Origin: Folioceros fuciformis
Lineage: Eukaryota
DNA length: 20,000 nt
Direction: 5' to 3'
Assembly (NCBI GenBank): GCA_049999805.1
Contig: JBNGIO010006003.1
Coordinates: 123,584-143,583 of the forward strand
In this document: in pieces, positions 1 through 10,164 of the stretch
Position numbering within the stretch: the stretch's first letter is position 1
How the letters are laid out: each line of letters opens with the position of its first letter
Made by a program: the position numbers and the translations under genes
Notes under the pieces: generated by a model
Told to the model about the DNA's origin: nothing
The model's input: only the letters and a program-made list of their open reading frames with translations
Database searches by the model: none

Positions 1-315
1 CCACTTCTGGCGGCGGCCTCCTCCTGGCAGGTGTCCTCCGGCCACTTCCAACACCCGAGTCGGGGAAAGCGGGAGCTACAGGAGCTGGCGCAGGCAGGCG
101 CGAGGGATTGGCAGACGCAGCGTGAGATTGGCGGGCTCCACTACGCAGCTCTGGCATCCTTCACCCATGCACTCCCCCGCGAGCAGCCAGACCAACGCAC
201 CTCGACGCCCCTGGCGGTGTGCCTCCTGCTGCTGCGGCTGCGATCCTCTGCGCACCTCGCTCATATCTTTGCTCCAATGCCGCCTTGTGGCCGCCCCGCC
301 TCTCCGTCCCCGCAT
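1..315 (-). CDS. Possible 5' exons of an unidentified gene running off the left edge
   Basis: ATG at 315, donor GAG|GTGCGT at 200 and acceptor CGCCAG at 85 give a 116-bp intron and an open frame to the window edge (...QGRR|APVAPAFPDSGVGSGRRTPARRRPPPEV). GC-rich; no recognisable domain. Confidence 0.25.
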
Positions 316-500
316 GCAGCCTCGTAGAGCCTATCCTCCTCTACCCCGCCACCTACCCTATCCTAGCCTAGCCTATTCTATCCTAGCCGACTCCGGCACC
401 CGAGGCCCGTCTGTCTGTCTCCCCTTCACTGCGAGCATGGACAAGCCGCCTGCCTGGCTCCGCGAGTTCGCACCAAACCCCAACCTCCTTCCAGCCCGCG

Positions 501-571
501 CCCCTTCCCTTCCCTTCTCTTCTCTTCACTTCCCTTCCTCTTCCTTCCTTCCTTCCTGCCCTCTCCTCCCC
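501..571. repeat. Polypyrimidine (CCTT/CT) low-complexity tract
   Basis: About 70 bp of almost exclusively C/T on the plus strand. A short (CCTAN)n run lies nearby at about 351-388. Confidence 0.85.
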
Positions 572-1904
572 TGACACCGCGTCCTCCTCCGCTCCTGGTG
601 CCTACCCTCGCCCCGGCCCCTGCCGCTGGCCAAGAGCGGTCAGTGGATCTCGGCGCGCAGGCTGCAGCGCGCGGGAAGCGCACAATGCGGCGGCTGGGGT
701 TGGCGCGAAGTCGCGGGGAGCATGTTGCACCCGTAGCAGCGGGATGTGATGCAGGAGGAGACGGAAGAATGCAGAGGGTTTCACCGCGCTCGCACTCTCG
801 CCGAAGGGAGAGAGAAGCGATGGACGGAGAGGGAGAGAGAGAAAGAGTCCGTGGTCACCACAGAGCACAGCACAGGCACCAGCTCCAAATCACACACAAT
901 CAATCACTGTGCGTAAAAACGCGCGGCAGTCCACAAGCCAAGGCCCAAGGGGCTTTCATTTCCACATATGTATGTACATGCGTCCTTCCCTCCCTACTTC
1001 TGCTACTCCAATTCCACTCCACAGTGGGCCTTCAAAAAAAGGTCGGGTCCATTGTCCCACTTGCTTAACTTAAAAACAGGCCAGCCAGTCAGCCCAACCC
1101 AGCCCAGCGTCGTACGCTGCTCTGCCATCCCGACATGCCACGCTAATTACCCTGTCTCTCTAGACGCCTTGCGTCTTGCAACGGTGTCCGCTAACTGGTC
1201 CCTATGCACTCGGCGTCATCGTCACTGCGGCGATATTTCCTTTTATGCTTGCTTCTTGCTTCGGGCCCCGCCCACGTCCCGTCGCATTTCAAAAATAAAA
1301 AAATCTCCTTCAACTGCACATCCTCCAACCACAAATCCTCCTCCATCTCACCAAATTCCCCCTTCACTCGCACTAACCCGGGCATGCACAACACCAGTCA
1401 AAAATCTTCCCTATCCGGCTTACATCTTGAATGAATGGGCGGCCATCTTGGTATTCAAGATAAGCTTCATACCAATCTCACAATCTCTCTATCTTACCGC
1501 CATGAAGGCTCGAAGAGGTGGGAGCAGAGGTCTTGCTGCATGTATCATGCATTGCTTGTGAACATTAGTACACCATTGTGGTCCGCACATATGTACTTAG
1601 GGTCTGTGTGTGTACTATTTCCAAACATTGGTGACATCGTTAGAAGGAACACCCGGTGGTACTTGTTTGCTTGTATACAAACTGGTGCATGTGATGTCTC
1701 AGAGCAAGAAGAAACTTGGGGATGTTCGATGATTGTGATGTTGTACGTCCTGGTTTTACATCTGCACCTTGGGTGGTGACTCGCTTGATGCTGTACTGTA
1801 CATGTGCTGGTGATGATAAATTTTCAAAGCATGGAGATCGAAGTCCACATCCCTGATAAAAGTGCAATTCTGCAGAAAGGCTCATTGTGCTCTAGGACTT
1901 ATTG

Positions 1905-2076
1905 GCACCTCTTTCGTACAATGAGACTCAGTGCTTGTTGTGCAATCTCCATATGCTTGCTTCCCGTCATGGAACTTTCTTGTTGCTTTGCGCCTCTTTC
2001 GTACAATGAGATTTAGTTCTCATTGTGCAACCTACATATGCTTGCTTCTTCTACCACGCAACTTACTTGTTGCTCC
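1905..2076. repeat. Diverged tandem duplication, about 85-bp unit, 2 copies
   Basis: cctctttcgtacaatgaga...ttgtgcaa...catatgcttgcttc...cttgttgct occurs from about 1905 and again from about 1990. Confidence 0.8.
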
Positions 2077-2100
2077 ACATTTACTTGAGCCTTCTTTGTT

Positions 2101-2420
2101 CAATGTCGCCTCTTAGTCATGCAGATGTGTTGCCATCTTGTCCTTGCTTCATCACCTCTGTGTTACCTTGGTACCTACTTGCGCCTTCCTTTCTTCCTTC
2201 TTTCTTGCATGTTGCAATGTCTTCTCTTAGTCATGCTTGCCCCTTCTGTACCTTGTTACACCTTCCTTCCTTCCTACATGTTGCAATGTCTTCTCTTAGT
2301 CATGCTTGCCTTACACCTTCCTTCCTTCCTACATGTTGCAAATGTCTTCTCTTAGTGCTGTAATGTCTTCTCTTGGTCATGCTTGCGCCTTTTGTCCGCA
2401 GTGTTTCTCTTAGCCATGTG
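2101..2420. repeat. Degenerate tandem repeat with core catgttgcaatgtcttctcttagtcatgcttgc (about 6 full or partial copies) and CCTT-rich linkers
   Basis: Core copies at about 2101 (partial), 2208, 2277, 2332, 2362 (partial) and 2403 (partial). Two linkers share ttacaccttccttccttccta. Confidence 0.85.
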
Positions 2421-2634
2421 GAAGCATTTCATAACCGACTTGTGTCTTCTTGCTGTGTCTTCTTGCCGCACTACATTGTGGTACAGTGAACTTTATGCCT
2501 TGTGCTCGTGCACTTTGATGAGACAGTTGTCTACCTTTTCTAGCTCAATAAGTGAACTCATATATAAGTTCTAGGGCTAGGCAAGTCAACTCAGATAATT
2601 CAAAGTGTAGACCTACCTAGAGTTTTTGCAGCTC

Positions 2635-2696
2635 GCAAGCTCGTTCGCTCCCAAGGCATGTAAAGCAAGCTCCTTCGCTCCCAAGGCATGTAAAGC
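2635..2696. repeat. 30-bp tandem duplication
   Basis: gcaagctc(g/c)ttcgctcccaaggcatgtaaa at 2635-2664 and 2665-2694, with one mismatch. Confidence 0.92.
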
Positions 2697-3644
2697 TTTT
2701 ACAACTAGCCAGTCCCATTGGATAGGGCTTCTAGCATAGGTGTCTACCCCATTGCGTACGGCTCTCACAAGCTGTGAGTGCCATAGAACCTTTTAGGGTT
2801 TTGTGTGTATAGAATTATATGTGTAGATGAATCCTCTAGGACACAGAGGCACATTCTAAAAGGGCCCTTTGAGACAAGGAAGGAAGGCACATTGTGGAAG
2901 GGCTCTTTGACCAAGGGAAGGGATGCTGCATGAAGTAAGATAGATAAACATTGAAGTGGGAAGAAGATAGCTCCGGTCGTTGGACCTTTGGCGTGGTAGG
3001 ATTCAACAAAGATGTGAGAAACGACGTGCAAGATAAAATATGTGACAGAAAATGAAAATAGCTAATATAGCGAGAGCCTTACGTTGCAACGGAGTTGGTG
3101 AGGCCGAGTGTTGTGTGCAAAGACGATCGACCCTACAGACACGATCGTCACCAGGGACATCTCGACGACGTCCGGGCCTCGTCTCCACGATATCCCTGCC
3201 TCGTCTGCGGAGAAATATCCCGTAAATCGATGGGGACGTGGAGTGACAGGAATCATCAACAGTGTGCGGGAATCGTAGTTTACCACGCAACCTGAGTTGG
3301 AATCGGCAGTTTTATACACACAAGTGTCCCCAAGGGAGCAAGCAAGTCACCGCGGTGGAGGGGCGATGCCGGAAGGTTTTGTGGACGACTTTGGAAGGAC
3401 GAAGTACATCACGAAATGTAGGAATCAATCACACGAAACAGACGCCATTGGAATCACGCAAACATTGCACTTCTCGGAGGCGGCAGCAGTGTTCCCACCA
3501 TTCCACTCTTGGCTTCCTCGATTTCCAGACTCCGGACGACTTTCCTCATCACCACCTACTGAGGCTGTAGTTTGGTGCCTTCGTAGCACGTGGATGGGAT
3601 GTGGAGAGAGGCTCACCAAAATTGTTGTAACTCGTTTCTTCCTT

Positions 3645-6600
3645 TTACCCTGTGAGAACTCCTGCTAGAATCTCGCTCTTGCCACGAACTGTAATGGTGT
3701 AGGCGAGGCGGATGGCATCCAGCCACCCTTCCATCAGCTCCCAGGAATCTGCTACCTGCAGGCCGACATCGTTTTCAGGATCAGAAGAGAGGCTGGGGTT
3801 CAGGTGGCGGACAGCAGGGAGAACGTGGAGACCGGACTCACAAAGTATTGTTGCCTGGTGCTTGTGTCGATCCGGAAGCCGCCCCCCACAGGCAGGCTCA
3901 GGTCGGCAGATGGAGTCATGTAGACGATGTCCTCCAGCTCCATTCTGAAGGAGGAGATCTTGACCGGTGTCTTTGCCATGGACGGACTCGAGGGCTCCGA
4001 CCCGCCTGGGTTAGTTATCCTTCGCGAGAAATTTTTGGCGAGCTTCTCTTCTGGTTTATCCATCTTGCAGGTTACACGGTCAAGATCGATTCACGTTAGG
4101 GCTTACAAAACATTCCTCAGCACTCAAAAGTGAACCAGGTAGGTGCACTGAAGTTCGATAGATACCTCGTAGAACGCCTCATGGTCGATGACAAACCACA
4201 ACCTCTTCCAGTCATTATGCGGGGCTAGAGAATCATCCCCGGGATGAACAAGCAAGTAGCCTGCCTTCAGGTATGGCAGAGGAAGCTGCAGCCATTGCAA
4301 ACACTGCATGTCAGATGGACGTTTCATCACGCGTCACAAGAACACAATCCCAAAATTCTCATCGTCTTCTAATAGACTCAGGAGGGGACGAACGAGCACC
4401 ATTGATCTGACAAGCCGAAGAGCACTCCTGTAAACCTGCCGGCTTCAACCCACACAAGACTAACGGTGAGAACACAACACAGCACAACTTCAATTGGGCG
4501 TGAAGCCTACCAGAGCCCACAGAGGAAACAATCTACAAACTTCGATGGTTCAAGAGGATCCAATGACCAACCGGATAGTCGGGCTTCAAAGAATGTGCAG
4601 CGGCGATGTAGATGGCTGATTGGCTGTACAGTTCAGAAGGCATGTGGTCTGGTCGAGATACTTTCCGACCACTTCGAAGCGTGTCCTCAGCTAGGCCATA
4701 CTGCACATGGCACAAGGAAGTTATTGGCTTGCAATATGCATTTCAGGAGTGAAATGCAAAAAAGGGGAACCACAGGGCTCCGTCATCTCAACACACTCAC
4801 CAGGACAGTACCCAGGTTGTACACTGCTCGATGAAAGTCAAAGCGGAGTCCTATTGCAGCCCGAAACTGCAACAGAATCAAACGAGTGGTGAGTTTCTCC
4901 CTTAGGCAAAATGGATGAGGCAAAAGTGACGACAAAAATTGCAGCTCAACTGTCTTTCACCCTTGAAAGCAATCGACTCGTGGTGTCGGTGAGCGAGAGA
5001 GGGGAATGGGTGGCGGTGGGGAATGAGGGTGCTGCAGTCTATACTTAGCTTACCTTTCTTATTGCACTCCTTATGATTCCACGCTTCTCCTTAAGTGGAA
5101 CTATAGCGCCAAGCTCCTGCGACAGTCGACACCCTTCAGAAACTTTGCAAACATATCACACGGGACCAGTCCGTGTTGCAAACAGTGGGTTGTCCCACCT
5201 GCAGTGCCAGTCCCCAGTTGTTGAGAGCCTGCAAATCACCACAAGAGTTAATCGTCTGTGCTAGGCAGTTACTCACGACAGCACCCTTTTCAATACAAAA
5301 GCAACTGCTGATCTACAAAAGAATGCCCTGAGATGCTAGGGCCCAGGCATCCACCTGCGGGCTGTTCCAGTTGAGCTGCAAAGACCTTTCGTACTTCTCA
5401 CAAGCCTGCACAGGTGCCCAATGACCCCACTTATTTCTATCCCCACTGCGAGGACTGAAGGGACCCTAAACTCGAAGCCTGCAATGCACAATCCAATCCC
5501 ATAAACTTGAAGCACAAACAGGGAAGTTGGAACAAAACCTGCTTCCAAAGTTCCTCTGCCTCCTTGGTTCTACCCCTGATCTTTGCACGATCAGAAATGG
5601 CAATCGCCCAGTTGTAGTACGCCTGGTTGCAACCATCAAACTCTCACTGTGAGAATCGCTGAATAACACATGAACAACAGCTTCTCCCACCACCGGAAAG
5701 ATGGCCCCAGGGCCCGGAAACTGGAAAATACAGGGTGTTCACACCTCATGGAGCGACGGGCAGATACTAATCGCAGCTTCGTACTTGCTGCACGCATCTT
5801 CAAGCAGCACATCCTTTCCCGGGGGGCCACCATCTAGTGGCGTGTTATCCGCGGTTTCCTGCGCCCACGTACAAAGAAAAGACTCTGAAAAGAGCAACGC
5901 CTCCTGAGCCCCCAACCCACAGTCCCGACGATCATGACACCCAACCTCCCACGAACTCCGCACCAACTCACCTGGAGCACCAAAGCCCAATTGTACATGG
6001 CATCGAAGTCATCCGCGTTGGCAGCAACCGCCCTGGAGTACCTGAACCAAAACAGCCCAAATCCCACAATTCAGCATCCCGATCCCAGGATCTCGCTCAC
6101 TCACAATCCAATTCTCACCTCCTGGCAGCAAAAGACAACATCCTTTGCCGAGAGTGCTGATCATCCTCCCCAGGCACTGCACTACTGCGGANNNNNNNNN
6201 NNNNNNNNNNNNNNNNNNNNNNNNNNNNNNNNNNNNNNNNNNNNNNNNNNNNNNNNNNNNNNNNNNNNNNNNNNNNNNNNNNNNNNNNNNNCTTCTCCTC
6301 CACGATCTCACTCACATGCGCTTGAACTTCCACGTGCACTTGCTCCCCGGTCACCTGCTCCTCGATCTTCCCCAGCTGCCCCTCCACTTTCTCTTGCTCC
6401 TCAATCCTCTGCTCCTGGATCCCATTCCCATGCTCCTCGATCTCACCCACCTGCCCCTGCACCTGCTCCCGCTCCTGCTCCTGCTCCTCGATATCGCCCG
6501 ACTGCTCCTTAGCCTCCGTCACAACCTCGGGGTGCCCCTCCACAGGTTCCTCGATCTCACTACCCCGCACGGCCTCCTTCCCACAGTCCTGCTCAGGCTG

Positions 6601-6786
6601 CTGATCAGCCTCCTTCCCAGAGTCCTGCTCAGGCTGCTGACCAGCCTCCTTCCCAGAGTCCCGCTCAGGCTGCTGACCAGCCTCCTTCCCAGAGTCCTGC
6701 TCAAGCTGCTGATCAGCCTCCTTCCCAGACTCCTGCTCATCCACGAGCACCTCAGAGTCCCCGGTTGCCGTGGCCATCCCGGGCAT
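3645..6786 (-). CDS. HLB1: HLB1-like protein (HYPERSENSITIVE TO LATRUNCULIN B1 family; acidic N-terminus, TPR repeats, C-terminal PH-like domain); 13 exons
   Basis: Hand-spliced exons, all GT-AG and phase-consistent: 6786-6119 (spans the N gap; alternative ATG at 6777), 6041-5972, 5858-5745, 5622-5539, 5405-5355, 5228-5199, 5116-5054, 4866-4801, 4700-4572, 4435-4400, 4285-4166, 4063-3842, 3755-3645 (TAA). The product has HLB1-type motifs: [158 protein letters not shown]...LAGVLTG*. Introns are 77-187 bp. Confidence 0.92.
6192..6291. other. Assembly gap (100 N placeholder) inside HLB1 exon 1
   Basis: Exactly 100 N, next to Glu-rich repetitive coding sequence. The true length is unknown. Confidence 0.99.
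6572..6739. repeat. 36-bp coding minisatellite (about 4.7 copies) in HLB1 exon 1, encoding EQDSGKEA(G/D)QQ(P/L)
   Basis: Unit starts (gcctccttccc) at 6572, 6608, 6644, 6680 and 6716, an exact 36-bp period. Confidence 0.93.
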
Positions 6787-6896
6787 CCACGATCTCCAGG
6801 GCTGTAGTAGAGGCCCGCCTAAATTGAAAATTCGCGACTCATTTCTGATGCCCAGCCCTTGGCTAGCATGCTCTGGTGGGCTCACCTGTGCGCCAA

Positions 6897-7020
6897 TTTT
6901 ATACAACCCCGCCACATAGCGGCAAAGAAACCATGGGACGAAGGAAGCTTCCGGTTTCCGCCATGCCCTAAATCTCGGACTCGTTGGTACACATGGGGCG
7001 ACTGGGCCTCGGACTGGGCG
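6897..7020 (-). promoter_or_regulatory. Putative HLB1 core promoter: TATAAAA box with upstream site II-like TGGGCY motif
   Basis: Minus-strand TATAAAA at 6903-6897, about 110 bp before the ATG at 6786. A duplicated gactgggc motif at about 7000-7019 includes one TGGGCC. Confidence 0.4.
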
Positions 7021-7043
7021 GGTCTGCGCTGTCTTTGCATTTA

Positions 7044-10000
7044 CTACTGGCTATCTCCGCAAGAACAGAAGCCATCCTTAAACCGATGAACGCGATGGGC
7101 ATCTCTAATAATTATCTCTCGATGTTCTATTCTCGAGATGACCTTGGTGCCGGCGTGGCAATGGCCACACATCCTGAGATTCTTGCTGACCACCAGAGTG
7201 GTGCCCGGAGGGGTGTTGAGGAGGCCGAAAGCTAGAGCCAGCTTTTCGGCATGTTTGCACAAGGCATCTTCACTTTCCTGGAGAGGTCCAGGCCCGAGCA
7301 CCGGGTTCGAGTCCCTGCATGCCTCGAAAAGTGTGTTGAGGCTGTTGAGCTTGGCCGAGGTGTCGTCCCTACTTCTGCCTACTATGAATTCGTGTACCTG
7401 GCTACCCACCTCGATGAGGGCCCTGGCGGGCTTCTTTTGGGCACCTGCGGACTGCATCATGGTTTCCACTTGGTCAACATCCGCCCACCTGCCCGCTTCT
7501 GCGTAGATGTCGGACATGAGGGCGTAGGCGGAGGCATGTTGGGGTACCAGGTTCACGAGGCGGTGGAAGCAGCTCCTTGCTAGCTCGACATGGTTGTGGG
7601 CCTTGCAGGCTGTGAGGAGAGATGTCCACCCGATGGAATCCTGCTGTAGTGGCATTGTGTGGAGCATGGTTGCTGCTTCCTCCAGCCGGCCGGACCGCCC
7701 CAGGAGGTCTACCAAGGAGTTGTAATGCTCGACCTGGGGCTGGATGCTGTAGTCACGGGACATCATGGTGAAGTAGTTCTGGCCCTCGGTCACTAGACCC
7801 GCATGGCTGCATGCCGCCAGCAGACATGTGAAGGTTGCAGCATCAGGTTGGACTCCCTCTTCCTGCATCCTGGCGAAGCACTGCATAGCCATGGCGCAGT
7901 TGTTGTGCTGACCGTAGCCGCCGATGAGGGCGTTCCAAGTCACCAGATCCTTCCTCCCTGTACTATCGAATACACCCTGTGCGTCCTCCAGGTATCCGCA
8001 TTTTGCATACATGTCCACCAGACTGCTACCCACAAACGCGTCATTTTCAAGTCCCTTGTGCAGGATGTCAGCATGTATCTGTTGTCCTTCCTGAATGGCT
8101 CCCAGTTTGCCACAGACCTTTAATACACACGAATATGTGACAAGGTCAGGCGTCAAGCTTTCTTGCTGCATTCTGAAATATGCCTTAAGGCCATCGTGGC
8201 CGAGCCCATGCTCCGCGCATCCGGCGATGAGGGTGTTCCAGGTTGCCACATCTTTTGTCTGCAACCTTTCGAACAAGACACATGCATCTCCCATGCTTCC
8301 GCATTTGATGAACATGTCTATCAAGGCGTTCCCAACGCACAGATCTGATTCAAGTCCTCTTGCCAGAACCTCAGCATAAACCTTCCTGCCCTCCTCTAAG
8401 TTTCCTAAGCTACCACATGCTTTCAAAATGCTTACATAGGTGAAATTGTCTGGGACCGCGGCACTCAGAAACATGCTCCTGAAAAGTTCTATCGCCTCTT
8501 GCCCCAGCTCATGCTGAGCGTAACCTGCAATCATGACATTCCATGTCACCAAGTCCCTGGCCAGCAATCTGTCGAATACTCTGCGAGCATCCTCCAAGCT
8601 CCTGCATTTGGCGTACATATCAACCAACATGCTCCCAACCAGCTCGTCCTCCTCAGCTCCTCTTTCCAAAATTTGGACATGAATCTGCCTGCCTTCGTGT
8701 AAGTTTCCAATGATAGCACACGCTCTGAATAGGGCCGCATATGTGGCATTGTTAGGCACAATTCCATTCCCTTGCATCCTCATGTACAGCTTGTGGGCTT
8801 CATCCACAGGCCCCTGATGGACGTATCCCGCAATCATGGCAGTCCATGAAACCACGTCTTTTGAAGGCAATTTGTCAAACACCCGTTGGGCATCTTCCAT
8901 GCTTCCGCATTTTATGTACATATCTAACAGACAGTTTCCCAGTGAGCTATCAGCTTGAAGTCCCCTTTCAAGGACACGGGCATGAATCTGCTTGCCTTTC
9001 TCCAAGTGCCCTACACTGCCGCATGCTTTCACAACAGCGACAAGGGTTACATGATTGCCTGCCAACTTCCCATCCTGCTGCATAAGGGCGTAAAGTTGAA
9101 GCGCTTCTAGACCTCGTCCATGCTGAGCATATCCTGCAATCATAGCACTCCATGTCACCACGTTCTTTTTTTGCAGTCTGTCGAAAACTCCGCGGGCCTC
9201 CTCCAGACTACCACATTTGGCATACATGTCGACCAAGGTGCTACCAATATAGATATCAGCTTCCAGTCCCCTTTTCAGGACCTCAGCGTGAATCCCCTTC
9301 CCCTCTTGTATAGCTCCGACATTGCCACATGCTTTAAGAATGCTGACAAATGTGAAGTGGTTTGCTGGACACTTGCCCTCCTGCTGCATCTTCACATAAA
9401 GACTGAGCGCTTCCTGACCACACCCATTTTGAGCATAACCTGCAAACATAGCATTCCATGTCACAACATCTGTGCTCGGCAAATTGTCAAAGACATATCT
9501 GGCCGTCTCCAGGCTCCCACATTTAGCATACATGTCTACAAGGGCGCTCCCGACAAATACATTTGTGTCAAATCCATACTCCACCACATCCGCATGAATC
9601 AACTTGCCTGAATCTAAATCCCCTGCACTGGCACATGATTTCAGGACAGCAGCCAGCACAAAATCAGTCGGTCTGACACTTGATTGTCGCATTCGCACAT
9701 ACAATTTGATAGCCTGCTCAGCCTTTCCATGGTCACAGTGTGCTGAAATGATCGAAGCCCATACGAAAGTGTCGGGAGCAGCCAACGTGTTAAAAACCCG
9801 CTCTGCTTCCATCAAACTCCCCGTGGCAGCGTACATCCGAATCAGGTAGTTCGCCATGAAACAGTCCAACGCAGACCCAACTTGTCCAGAGAGGGCATGG
9901 ACACGCCTGCCCACCTCAAGGTTTCTAGTCGCAGTGCACCCTTTCAGGAGAATGTACAACATGTCATTCGGGATGGAAATTCCTCTCCGGTGCATCACGT

Positions 10001-10109
10001 TCACAGCCTCCAGCGCACTTTCTAGCGCTCCCTCCGTCCCGAAATCTGCAAGCTCCAATAGGTCTTCAACAGCCCCCATCCTGCAGGGTCGATCAATACT
10101 GTACCACAT
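7044..10109 (-). CDS. PLS-class pentatricopeptide repeat protein with E1, E2 and DYW:KP domain (candidate U-to-C organellar RNA editing factor); main exon
   Basis: The uninterrupted ORF parses into L-S, six P-L-S triplets, P2-L2-S2 (23 motifs), then E1 (SIGWTSLLTACKAH), E2 (ASAYALMSDIYAEAGRW), KKPARALIEV...VHEFIVG, HAEKLALAFGLLNTPPG, KNLRMCGHCH and IIIRDAHRVHRFKDGFCSCGDSQ*. The ORF-track start at 10115 is GTG; in-frame ATGs are at 10109 and 10079. The true start may lie in upstream exons. Confidence 0.95.
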   Translation of the reverse strand: MWYSIDRPCRMGAVEDLLELADFGTEGALESALEAVNVMHRRGISIPNDMLYILLKGCTATRNLEVGRRVHALSGQVGSALDCFMANYLIRMYAATGSLMEAERVFNTLAAPDTFVWASIISAHCDHGKAEQAIKLYVRMRQSSVRPTDFVLAAVLKSCASAGDLDSGKLIHADVVEYGFDTNVFVGSALVDMYAKCGSLETARYVFDNLPSTDVVTWNAMFAGYAQNGCGQEALSLYVKMQQEGKCPANHFTFVSILKACGNVGAIQEGKGIHAEVLKRGLEADIYIGSTLVDMYAKCGSLEEARGVFDRLQKKNVVTWSAMIAGYAQHGRGLEALQLYALMQQDGKLAGNHVTLVAVVKACGSVGHLEKGKQIHARVLERGLQADSSLGNCLLDMYIKCGSMEDAQRVFDKLPSKDVVSWTAMIAGYVHQGPVDEAHKLYMRMQGNGIVPNNATYAALFRACAIIGNLHEGRQIHVQILERGAEEDELVGSMLVDMYAKCRSLEDARRVFDRLLARDLVTWNVMIAGYAQHELGQEAIELFRSMFLSAAVPDNFTYVSILKACGSLGNLEEGRKVYAEVLARGLESDLCVGNALIDMFIKCGSMGDACVLFERLQTKDVATWNTLIAGCAEHGLGHDGLKAYFRMQQESLTPDLVTYSCVLKVCGKLGAIQEGQQIHADILHKGLENDAFVGSSLVDMYAKCGYLEDAQGVFDSTGRKDLVTWNALIGGYGQHNNCAMAMQCFARMQEEGVQPDAATFTCLLAACSHAGLVTEGQNYFTMMSRDYSIQPQVEHYNSLVDLLGRSGRLEEAATMLHTMPLQQDSIGWTSLLTACKAHNHVELARSCFHRLVNLVPQHASAYALMSDIYAEAGRWADVDQVETMMQSAGAQKKPARALIEVGSQVHEFIVGRSRDDTSAKLNSLNTLFEACRDSNPVLGPGPLQESEDALCKHAEKLALAFGLLNTPPGTTLVVSKNLRMCGHCHAGTKVISRIEHREIIIRDAHRVHRFKDGFCSCGDSQ

Positions 10110-10164
10110 AAACACAAGCTACTGACCCCAAATAGCTATCAACATGCCACTGCACGCCAAATAC

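Noticed and set aside
2101-2420. CRISPR-like repeat-spacer appearance (33-bp core with variable linkers)
   Set aside because: Linkers are low-complexity, similar to each other and very unequal in length; repeats are degenerate; the context is a eukaryotic genome with no cas genes.
2764-2790. Hairpin CTCACA-agc-TGTGAG as a Helitron 3' end
   Set aside because: The stem is only 6 bp and is followed by CATAG rather than CTRR; no matching 5' end was identified.
2765-3640. Short ORFs between the repeat block and the HLB1 stop
   Set aside because: No recognisable motif or consistent splice model; probably HLB1 3' UTR and intergenic sequence.
6192-6291. Reading frame preserved across the N gap as evidence of gap size
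   Set aside because: 100 N is a standard placeholder; frame agreement has a one-in-three chance.
6145-6807. 220-aa Leu-rich plus-strand ORF, and the Pro/Ala-rich ORF at 5934-6512
   Set aside because: Antisense shadows of the Glu/Gln-rich repeat exon of HLB1.
6787-7043. Translational fusion or stop read-through from PPR-DYW into HLB1
   Set aside because: The PPR ends in a double stop (TAG TAA) and the HLB1 frame is different.
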